A stretch of DNA of 32,000 nucleotides from Deltaproteobacteria bacterium UBA7527 (GTDB lineage: Bacteria; Desulfobacterota; Syntrophorhabdia; Syntrophorhabdales; Syntrophorhabdaceae). The notes beneath the pieces were generated by a model. That model made no database searches and was not told the origin of the DNA. It was given only the letters and a program-made list of their open reading frames with translations. Each line of letters begins with the position of its first letter. Within the stretch, counting starts at the first letter, position 1. The stretch covers positions 37,596 to 69,595 of the forward strand of contig DLMV01000005.1 of the NCBI GenBank assembly GCA_002478225.1, given 5' to 3'. Positions 1-6,893 of the stretch are shown here, piece by piece. The translations under genes were made by a program, and so were the position numbers.

Positions 1-1
1 G

Positions 2-340
2 AGGCGGCTGATGATCTTCATGTATCTCCTGCCGCTCCTCTCGGCATGCTGCGCCATCTTTTTTCAGAAGGTTGTGCTATGGCAATACAGCTTTATTGTT
101 ATTATCCCCATCGGGATATTCCTCGGGTTCTTCTTTCCTTTCGGGATACGAACATTGTTGAAGGAAAAACCTGCCGCGATACCCCTCGCCTATGCAGTGA
201 ACGGCGCCGCATCCGTCATCAGCCCTGTCCTTGCGTCCCTGATCGCGGCTGCATACGGGCTGAAAGTACTGCTCATCCTTGCGGCAGTGCTTTACACCGC
301 GACGCTGGTAATGTGCCTGTTGAAACGGTCAAACACTTGA
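2..340 (+). CDS. 3' fragment of a polytopic membrane protein, open to the left window edge; possibly the C-terminal TM region of a fused spermidine-synthase-like/MFS membrane protein
   Basis: The frame is open from position 2 (no stop before the ATG at 11) to TGA at 338-340. The product is almost entirely hydrophobic helices (IVIIPIGIFLGFFFPFG; AYAVNGAASVISPVLASLIAAAYGLKVLLILAAVLY). The family assignment is from memory of the A-x-NG-x-ASV helix, not from a search. Confidence 0.5.
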   Translation, partial: RRLMIFMYLLPLLSACCAIFFQKVVLWQYSFIVIIPIGIFLGFFFPFGIRTLLKEKPAAIPLAYAVNGAASVISPVLASLIAAAYGLKVLLILAAVLYTATLVMCLLKRSNT

Positions 341-344
341 ACCC

Positions 345-484
345 GTGAGTCGTAAGGCGTCAGGCGTGAGGGGAAACTGCAGCAGAGAGCCGAGAGCGAT
401 GGGTGAAAAGCATAAACCTCGTAAGCCGTCAGGGGTTTAATCGCCTAACGCCTTACGACTTACGGCCTTCTTCGAACGACGACT
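345..484. repeat. Composite heptanucleotide-periodic element with opposed arrays (imperfect long hairpin)
   Basis: Read directly. GTGAGTC GTAAGGC GTCAGGC GTGAGGG lies at 345-372. GCAGAGA GCCGAGA GCGATGG GTGAAAA GCATAAA lies at 382-416. The complementary array GCCTAAC GCCTTAC GACTTAC GGCCTTC TTCGAAC GACGACT lies at 443-484. TCGTAAGGCGTCAGG (350-364) recurs as TCGTAAGCCGTCAGG (419-433) and inverted as ACGCCTTACGA (448-458). Confidence 0.75.
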
Positions 485-491
485 CAGTTTA

Positions 492-1211
492 TTATTTCTT
501 CTGTGCCTGGCCTGTCATGGGCACGAACGCGACGCCGCCCAGCTCCCTTATGGGGAATTTACCCTTCTCTTTTCTGACAAGGGTGAGGGTCTGGTAGAAG
601 ACCGTGCTGCCGAGCGGGATGATGAGGCGCCCCCCTTCTTTCAACTGGGCAAGGAGCGGCGGCGGGATGTGGTTCGCAGAGGCAGTGACCATGATAACGT
701 CGAACGGCGCATGCTCCGCCCACCCGAAGTAGCCGTCACCATGCTTTACGCGGACGTTTCCGTACCCCAAGCTCTTCAATCTGTCCTGCACGGCTTCATA
801 GAGCCCCTTTTTGATCTCGATCGTAAAGACCTCGCTTGCGATCTCAGCGAGGACGGCGGCCTGGTAGCCTGACCCGGTGCCTATCTCGAGGACCCGTTCA
901 CCGCCCTTCAACGACACCGCTTCTGTCATGAGAGCAACAACATAGGGCTGTGATATTGTCTGGCCCTCGCCTATCGGCAGAGGGTGGTCGTTGTATGCCT
1001 TGTCCAACTGGTTCTTGTCCACAAAGAGGTGCCTTGGCACTTTAAGCATTGCGTCAAGCACCTTTCTGTCCCCGATCCCTCTGGATTCGATATCCTTTTT
1101 TACCATCTCCTGTCTGCGCGCGGTGAACGCATCGGCAGCATAGACAATACCGGTCAAGAAGATGCACACGATCGTCAGAGACAGAAACGCTCTGAATATT
1201 TGTTGAACCAT
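492..1211 (-). CDS. pcm: Protein-L-isoaspartate O-methyltransferase with an N-terminal signal/anchor segment
   Basis: 239-aa ORF. It carries the Pcm-typical [15 protein letters not shown] followed by SAM-binding motif [18 protein letters not shown]. The N-terminus, [20 protein letters not shown], is hydrophobic. Confidence 0.9.
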   Translation of the reverse strand: MVQQIFRAFLSLTIVCIFLTGIVYAADAFTARRQEMVKKDIESRGIGDRKVLDAMLKVPRHLFVDKNQLDKAYNDHPLPIGEGQTISQPYVVALMTEAVSLKGGERVLEIGTGSGYQAAVLAEIASEVFTIEIKKGLYEAVQDRLKSLGYGNVRVKHGDGYFGWAEHAPFDVIMVTASANHIPPPLLAQLKEGGRLIIPLGSTVFYQTLTLVRKEKGKFPIRELGGVAFVPMTGQAQKK

Positions 1212-1283
1212 ATTAATAATCTACCATAGAAGAGAGACAAATAATATCCCTGCTTCTTAAGGAAACGTTCGGCGAGTAATACA

Positions 1284-1388
1284 GCAGAGGGCGGAGAGCT
1301 GAGGGCGAAGAGAGGATGCTCGTCGCTGGAAACTCGTCACCCGATGATCGATGATCGGTAATCGACGCTGACCGCTGATCGCCGGCAT
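1284..1388. repeat. Fifteen consecutive degenerate heptamers in a single register
   Basis: GCAGAGG GCGGAGA GCTGAGG GCGAAGA GAGGATG CTCGTCG CTGGAAA CTCGTCA CCCGATG ATCGATG ATCGGTA ATCGACG CTGACCG CTGATCG CCGGCAT. The tract lies between the divergent pcm (start 1211) and GT4 (start 1467) genes. Confidence 0.75.
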
Positions 1389-1466
1389 ATTTGCATCTTT
1401 ATTTATTCCCTCAAGTATTGTAGAGTTACACCAGCAACATAGAATCTGCACCGAGCTTGGATATTT

Positions 1467-2588
1467 ATGAAGATAGGCATAGCGGTCTATAATTTTAATC
1501 CGAAAAAGGGCGGCGCAGAACGGTACGCATATGACCTTGCCACGATCCTGAGCCGGAGGGGACATGAGATCTTTCTCTTCTGCTCGATGGGGATAGAGGT
1601 GCCGGGGATAACTCTGGCGAGGTTCAACACAATGTCCTTTCCGCGCTGGCTCAGGAACCTCTCCTTCGCCCTGAAGCACAGGAAATATGTGAGGCTCTTT
1701 AACCTTGACGTGATGCTTGGCTTCGGCAACACGCTCGACGTTGATGTGTACCAGAGCCACGGCGGCGTCCAGCGCATCTGGATGGAGAGGGAGATCGCAA
1801 GCTACGATAATACGCGGGAGCGCTCGGTGAAGGCGTTCCTTCTGAAGAGAAGCATCAACCAGATGACGCAGCGATGGATCGAGGAATTCCCCATCAGGAG
1901 CAAGAGATATGCAAGGATCGTTGCCATCTCCGATATGGTGAAGGGGCACATGGCCGAACATTATAGACTGTCCGGCGAAAACATAGACGTTGTGTATAAC
2001 GGCGTGGATACGGAGCGTTTCAGGCCGGCAGCAGCAATGCCCGAAGGTCCGGCAAGGATACTCTTCTCGGCAGGGAATTTCAGGCTCAAAGGTCTTTCCC
2101 CGCTCCTTTCTGCGCTCGGCGAGGTTGCAAAGGAGACAAAGGACTTCCGCCTCATTGTCATGGGCAGGGGAAGAAAGGCGCGGTACATGGAGATGATAGA
2201 CGCATTGCACATAGCAGACAACGTGACCTTCCTCGGAGAATCATCAGCGCCCGAGGATGTTTACCGCAGCGCACATATCCTTGCCCATCCAACGTTCTAT
2301 GACGCCTGCTCGCTGACAACGATGGAGTCCATGGCATCGGGACTTCCGACAATAACAACGAAATGGAACGGCGCTGCAACCCTCATCTCCGAACGCGATG
2401 GCTATGTCATTGACGAACCACGAAATGTTGCTGCTCTCGCGTCAGCGATAAGGAAGCTGCTTGACAGGGAACGGGTACGTGCAATGGGCAAAGCCGCCCG
2501 GGCGAAGCTCGAGAACTTCACCATCGAGAAGAATGCGGCAGCGATGGAAAGGATATGCAAAGAAGCCGCAGACTCAAAGCAAAAGTAA
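1467..2588 (+). CDS. Glycosyltransferase, GT-B fold (family 4/group 1 type)
   Basis: 373-aa ORF. The N-terminus MKIGIAVYNFNPKKGGAERYAYDLA and the C-terminal HPTFYDACSLTTMESMASGLPTITT are typical of group-1 glycosyltransferases. Confidence 0.85.
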   Translation: MKIGIAVYNFNPKKGGAERYAYDLATILSRRGHEIFLFCSMGIEVPGITLARFNTMSFPRWLRNLSFALKHRKYVRLFNLDVMLGFGNTLDVDVYQSHGGVQRIWMEREIASYDNTRERSVKAFLLKRSINQMTQRWIEEFPIRSKRYARIVAISDMVKGHMAEHYRLSGENIDVVYNGVDTERFRPAAAMPEGPARILFSAGNFRLKGLSPLLSALGEVAKETKDFRLIVMGRGRKARYMEMIDALHIADNVTFLGESSAPEDVYRSAHILAHPTFYDACSLTTMESMASGLPTITTKWNGAATLISERDGYVIDEPRNVAALASAIRKLLDRERVRAMGKAARAKLENFTIEKNAAAMERICKEAADSKQK

Positions 2589-2644
2589 TTCTAAGTCTGG
2601 ATCACAAGCGATAACTCACAGCAAATCAGATGAATCAAATCAAT

Positions 2645-2893
2645 GGCCTGTTGCCCAAATATCATATTCGCAGGAACACTGTTTCCCTCGCTGCTCAGCT
2701 GCGCGCAGTTACCCTCTGTCGATTCGGGATGCACTCAATCTGCAAACTCGCACTTCGTGCTCAGACAGTGCAGATTGTCCTTCGGAACGTTTTCCCTCAT
2801 CGAGAGGGTGCCCAACTGTGCTCGAATTCGCGACTCGGGAAACGGTTCCCGGCGAACTGCATAGGAGCCGCAAAGTTCCTTCCTGCTCATTAT
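2645..2893 (+). repeat. Interspersed intergenic repeat, long copy (A)
   Basis: The left module 2645-2716 matches 8301-8372 at roughly 80 percent identity by eye (GGCYTGTTGCCCAAAT..TATTCGCAGGAACACTGTTTC..CTC..TGCTC.GCTGCGC..TTACCC). The right modules CTCGAATTCGCGACTCG and CGCAAAGTTCCTTCCTGCTCATTAT match 8379-8420. Copy A has about 100 nt plus about 31 nt of extra internal sequence containing local hairpins (TCTGCA..TGCAGA, CCCTC-ATCG-AGAGGG). Confidence 0.7.
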
Positions 2894-2908
2894 AATGAAA
2901 AACCCGAG

Positions 2909-3907
2909 TTAAAAATACGTCTTTACGAACTTTGCGAGATAATCGATCCTGGACAGCTTGCCGGGATTCGTCCTGATCCCTTTTATATAGCACTCTCTGG
3001 CGAGCCTTTTCTCACCGGCCGCGTAGTACCTCCGGAAAAGTTCTATATACCGGTTGGAGAGGAGATCATTGCGGAGGTGGTCGAGGGCGCCCTTATAGTA
3101 TGGATCGTCAATAATGGCCGTTACAAAGTCTATGCCCTGTCTTTTCAGCTGTTCCACATTATGACGAAGGCTGTCGGGATGGCTGAAGGTGATGGCCGTG
3201 GGCGTGGCAAGAAAATAACCCTTCCTGCGAAAGAAGACCTTGGTGAAATAGACGATGTCCTCACCATTTGATATGTGCGTCGGGAAAGAGAACGTCCTTG
3301 CGACGACGGTGCGCATGAGGACGGCACAGGTGGCAAAGGAGATGCGTCTGCAAAGAAGGTCTTCATATAATTTATCTGAAAAAAAGCTCTGCCCCGTTTC
3401 GTCATGGAGGTACGGCGTTTCATCTGAGGAGTGTTTTGAAAGGGTGGAGCTGATGACGAAGTCGACGTCCTTATTCTCTGCAAGGATACTGACCCGCATT
3501 TCGATGGAATCTGTCGTGAGCGCATCGTCTGCATCGAGAAAGGTGATAAAGCTGCCTCGCGCCTCCTCAAGCCCTTTGTTCCTCGCCGACGAGACGCCCT
3601 GGTTGGCCTGATGGATGTAACGGGTGCTGTCGCTAAACTTTTCAATGACAGCACGGGTATTGTCTGTTGAACCGTCGTCAACAACGATGATCTCGATGTT
3701 CCCGTATGTCTGCTGGAGGCATGACGTGATCGCTGTCGGCAGATAATTTGCATAGTTGTAGGTGGGGATGACGATCGATACGAGGGGGTTGTTGTCAGGT
3801 GCTTCCATACTATGCGCGGCCTGCGGTGCCTCTGATATTAATGCGGCCATACCCTGCAGCTTGTCAAGGATTTTGTTGGGATGTGGGCTGGTTTGTGCCG
3901 CTCGCAT
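2909..3907 (-). CDS. Glycosyltransferase family 2
   Basis: 332-aa ORF. It carries VSIVIPTYNYANYLPTAITSCLQQTYGNIEIIVVDDGSTDNT and the DxD motif FLDADD. The start is uncertain: in-frame ATGs at 3907, 3850 and 3808 all lack a well-spaced SD. Confidence 0.85.
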   Translation of the reverse strand: MRAAQTSPHPNKILDKLQGMAALISEAPQAAHSMEAPDNNPLVSIVIPTYNYANYLPTAITSCLQQTYGNIEIIVVDDGSTDNTRAVIEKFSDSTRYIHQANQGVSSARNKGLEEARGSFITFLDADDALTTDSIEMRVSILAENKDVDFVISSTLSKHSSDETPYLHDETGQSFFSDKLYEDLLCRRISFATCAVLMRTVVARTFSFPTHISNGEDIVYFTKVFFRRKGYFLATPTAITFSHPDSLRHNVEQLKRQGIDFVTAIIDDPYYKGALDHLRNDLLSNRYIELFRRYYAAGEKRLARECYIKGIRTNPGKLSRIDYLAKFVKTYF

Positions 3908-3947
3908 TCCCTGCGTTCATCTGGTTAATTAAGTTTATTGGGTTCAC

Positions 3948-3989
3948 TCTCAGCTCTTAGCTCTCCGCTCTCTGCTGCCTTTCTCTTAC
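3948..3989. repeat. Heptamer array TCTNNGC x4, the reverse complement of the GCNNAGA family, plus two degenerate units
   Basis: TCTCAGC TCTTAGC TCTCCGC TCTCTGC TGCCTTT CTCTTAC. The reverse complement GCAGAGA GCGGAGA GCTAAGA GCTGAGA is the same unit as at 382-395, 1284-1311 and 10215-10228. Confidence 0.75.
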
Positions 3990-4009
3990 AGACGGGGCTG
4001 CTTTTGCGA

Positions 4010-4038
4010 TTGACTGACCAGGATTCTCCTGTTATATT
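4010..4038 (+). promoter_or_regulatory. Sigma70-type promoter candidate for the carbamoyltransferase operon
   Basis: TTGACT (4010-4015), an exact 17-nt spacer, then TATATT (4033-4038). It lies about 55 nt upstream of the GTG start at 4092, which has an AGAGG SD at 4081-4085. Confidence 0.5.
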
Positions 4039-4091
4039 AGGAAAATTTGTATGTTGCGGTATTCCAGTAAAGACGTCTGTAGAGGTATTTT

Positions 4092-5876
4092 GTGAATATC
4101 TTAGGCCTCCATATATTCGGACACGACACCGGCGGCGCCATCATATCGAAAGGCCGCATTTGGGCCATCGGCGAGGAGAGGCTCGACAGGAGAAAGCATT
4201 CGGGTTACTTCCCTCACCTCTCGGTGAGATACCTCCTTCGGGCTGCCGGGCTGGAGAGCATCAACGAGATCGACCTGATCGTGGGGGTCACCCGGTACAA
4301 TAAGGAAGGAAAGAACGTTACGGTCAGCTCGATCAGGAACGAGCTTGGTTATACCGGCAGGATCCATACGGTCTCCCACCACGATGCCCATGCGGCGAGC
4401 GCATTCTGCGCATCGCCTTTCGATGAGGCCGCCATAATGGTCATTGACGGGCTGGGAAGCAAGTCCGTTGAGATCGAGACCGGCAAGGAGCTTCCCTTTT
4501 CGCTCCGGGGATTGACGGTCAAAGAACAGAAAGACCGTGAAGAGGTGCAGTCATTCTACAGGGCGCAGGGGAACGAGCTTACCCCGATACGGAAGGACTG
4601 TACTGTTCCGGGATACATGAACGGGCTGGGCCTCGTCTATATGGGGACATCGGTATTCTTGAATTTTGGTGATTTTGGATCAGGAAAGGTGATGGGACTT
4701 GCGCCCTACGGCGGCCAACCCGGCAAGACAGTGGAGCCGAAATTCTTCGATGTTGTGGACGGCGTTGCGCTCACGAAAAGTGAAAAGAACTTTGTGCGGC
4801 ACAACGACCACTACCAGAGGCAGTTCTTTCCCGACCTGCCCCGCCGCGAGAACCAGAAGCTGCCCGACGACATTTATACCGAGATCGCCTATGCCGTACA
4901 GAAGGAGACCGAGGACGGGCTCATTGAGATAGCGAGACATCTCTACCGGATAAGCCCGAGCAGGAACCTCTGCTATGCGGGCGGCGTCGGTCTGAACAGC
5001 GTGGCAAACAAGAAGATACTCGATAATACGCCCTTTGAGAACATCTTTATCCAGCCCGGCGCATGCGACTCCGGCATAGCCCTCGGCTGCGCGCTCTACG
5101 GGGCGCACTTTGTCGAAAAAGAGGAGCCGGGGAGATACCGGTTCCGGAATGCGTACCTCGGCAGGGATTACAGCGAGGAAGAGATACTCGAAGCGCTGCA
5201 TAATACGCCCAATATCCGGTTCGCAAAGGAAAAGGATGTTGTAAAAAGAGCTGCCGCGCTTTTGGCCGGGGGGAAGATACTCGGCTGGCTGGAGGGCGGG
5301 AGCGAGATCGGTCCCCGTGCGCTGGGACACAGGAGCATCGTCTGCGACCCGAGAAAGCCGGAGATGAAGGATATCCTGAACGCAAAGGTGAAGCACAGGG
5401 AAGGGTTCCGTCCATTCGCTCCCTCGGTCCTTCTTGAATATGCCTCCGAATATTTTGACCTCAGTTGCGACAGCCCCTATATGCTCCTCATTGCAGCAGT
5501 GAAAAGCGACAAGCAGAGAATAGTTCCTGCCATTACCCACGTTGACGGCACAGCACGGATCCAGACGGTGACGAAGAACGACAACGGCAGGTATTACGAC
5601 CTCATCAAGGAGTTTTACAATATCACAGGTGTTCCGGTCATACTGAACACCTCTTTTAATATAGCCGGTGAACCTATTGTGGAGACACCGCAGGATGCCT
5701 TGAAATGTTTTATGTCCACAGAGATGGACTACCTGATCATTGAGGACTACTTTATTGAAGCTGCTGGCCCCAAGGAACTTGTCAAAGGACCTGTCGCCGA
5801 TGAGAACAAGCTGAAGGCAGTTGATATCAGGGGCGGGGGTTTAAAGAGATGGCTTACGGGTTTTAAGAAGCGGTAG
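4092..5876 (+). CDS. Carbamoyltransferase, NodU/CmcH/TobZ family
   Basis: 594-aa ORF with a GTG start. Family motifs read in the translation are HHDAHAASAF, GPRALGHRSIVCDPR, KVKHREGFRPFAPSVL, HVDGTARIQTV and NTSFN. Confidence 0.9.
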   Translation: MNILGLHIFGHDTGGAIISKGRIWAIGEERLDRRKHSGYFPHLSVRYLLRAAGLESINEIDLIVGVTRYNKEGKNVTVSSIRNELGYTGRIHTVSHHDAHAASAFCASPFDEAAIMVIDGLGSKSVEIETGKELPFSLRGLTVKEQKDREEVQSFYRAQGNELTPIRKDCTVPGYMNGLGLVYMGTSVFLNFGDFGSGKVMGLAPYGGQPGKTVEPKFFDVVDGVALTKSEKNFVRHNDHYQRQFFPDLPRRENQKLPDDIYTEIAYAVQKETEDGLIEIARHLYRISPSRNLCYAGGVGLNSVANKKILDNTPFENIFIQPGACDSGIALGCALYGAHFVEKEEPGRYRFRNAYLGRDYSEEEILEALHNTPNIRFAKEKDVVKRAAALLAGGKILGWLEGGSEIGPRALGHRSIVCDPRKPEMKDILNAKVKHREGFRPFAPSVLLEYASEYFDLSCDSPYMLLIAAVKSDKQRIVPAITHVDGTARIQTVTKNDNGRYYDLIKEFYNITGVPVILNTSFNIAGEPIVETPQDALKCFMSTEMDYLIIEDYFIEAAGPKELVKGPVADENKLKAVDIRGGGLKRWLTGFKKR

Positions 5877-5910
5877 GCAGCGGGCAGGGCTGATTTCTCT
5901 TAAGAATCCT

Positions 5911-6885
5911 ATGAAGAAGATCCTTTTTTTCACCCACAATATCTTCACAAAAGAGAACCCGCGGGGCTACAGGATCCAGCAATATTTTCCCTATCTGGAG
6001 CAAAGAGGCTTCACGGTCAAACTGCTGACGACGAAGGCCGGGCTTGCCACGGTGCTCAACGAGATCATGCAGTCGGATGTGACCTATGTCCAGAGGGTAT
6101 TGCTCAACCCGTTCAAGCTGTCCCTCTTCAGAAAGCTCTCAAAAAAGATGGTCTACGATTTCGACGATGCGGTAATGTATGGAAGCCGTGGCGCAAGCGC
6201 AACACGGCAGAAAAGATTCGAAGGCATGGCAAGGTCCTGCGACGCCGTGTTGTGCGGCAACCATTTTCTTGCAGGTGAGGCAAAGAAATATAGATCGACA
6301 GATGTATATTATGTTCCCACAGTGGTCGATATTGACGAATATCCGGTAAAGCGGCATGAACCGCAAAGGCCCTTCGTCATCGGTTGGATAGGAAGCAGCG
6401 CGACATTGAGGTATCTCGGCGATATACGGGGATTACTGGAGCATTACGCTGATCAGGATGGCATGCAGTGCAAGATAGTCGCCGACAAACCCCTGGAGGG
6501 GATGAAAAAAGGGATGGTCTTTGAGCGGTGGGATTACAACACCGAGAAGCGATCCATCCTGAGCTTCGATATGGGGATCATGCCGGTCAAGGACGATATC
6601 TGGTCCAAGGGAAAGTGCGGTCTCAAGCTCATCCAGTATATGGCGGCAGGGCTTCCGTCCGTTACGCATCCCGTTGGTGTTGCGCAGGACATGATCGTAG
6701 ACGGGTATAACGGTTTTTTGAGGAAGGACGCAGAAGGCTGGAAGGACGCCATCGATAGGCTTCAGAAGGATGTTGACCTGCGAAGGAGGATGGGGGCGGT
6801 CTCGAGGAAGATGGTGGAGGAAAGCTATTCCCTGCATATCTGGGGACCACGGGTCGCAGAGATCCTGGATGCCCTCGTAGGCTGA
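5911..6885 (+). CDS. Glycosyltransferase, GT-B superfamily (family not resolved)
   Basis: 324-aa ORF with two Rossmann-like halves (MKKILFFTHNIF..; FVIGWIGSSATLRYL; GLKLIQYMAAGLPSVTHPVGV..DGYNGFL). It is co-directional and tightly packed with its neighbours. Confidence 0.7.
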   Translation: MKKILFFTHNIFTKENPRGYRIQQYFPYLEQRGFTVKLLTTKAGLATVLNEIMQSDVTYVQRVLLNPFKLSLFRKLSKKMVYDFDDAVMYGSRGASATRQKRFEGMARSCDAVLCGNHFLAGEAKKYRSTDVYYVPTVVDIDEYPVKRHEPQRPFVIGWIGSSATLRYLGDIRGLLEHYADQDGMQCKIVADKPLEGMKKGMVFERWDYNTEKRSILSFDMGIMPVKDDIWSKGKCGLKLIQYMAAGLPSVTHPVGVAQDMIVDGYNGFLRKDAEGWKDAIDRLQKDVDLRRRMGAVSRKMVEESYSLHIWGPRVAEILDALVG

Positions 6886-6893
6886 TTAACGCG

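Noticed and set aside
345-484. Whether the heptamer arrays could be a CRISPR array or a minisatellite-encoded peptide
   Set aside because: The units are 7 nt, contiguous and degenerate, with no spacers and no cas genes. They lie outside ORFs, and a 7-nt period cannot be maintained in a reading frame.
403-597. 64-aa plus-strand ORF spanning the heptamer element and the pcm 3' end
   Set aside because: It runs through repeat DNA and antisense into pcm. It has no SD and is spurious.
1257-2210. 317-aa minus-strand ORF, plus smaller ones, overlapping the GT4 gene
   Set aside because: It is antisense to a gene with clear family motifs. Its translation is Arg/Cys/His/Pro-rich and low-complexity, with no recognisable motif or SD. 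This is a typical shadow ORF.
2461-2895. Apparent conserved peptide (VAQI.YSQEHCF..CSAA..PSCSL) translated from both copies of the interspersed repeat
   Set aside because: Copy A has no start codon downstream of the GT4 stop. Differences between the copies are mostly non-synonymous and include indels. The similarity is explained by nucleotide identity. The residual doubt is kept as a low-interest finding.
4680-5540. 286-aa minus-strand ORF inside the carbamoyltransferase gene
   Set aside because: It is a shadow ORF antisense to a strongly supported CDS, with no motifs.
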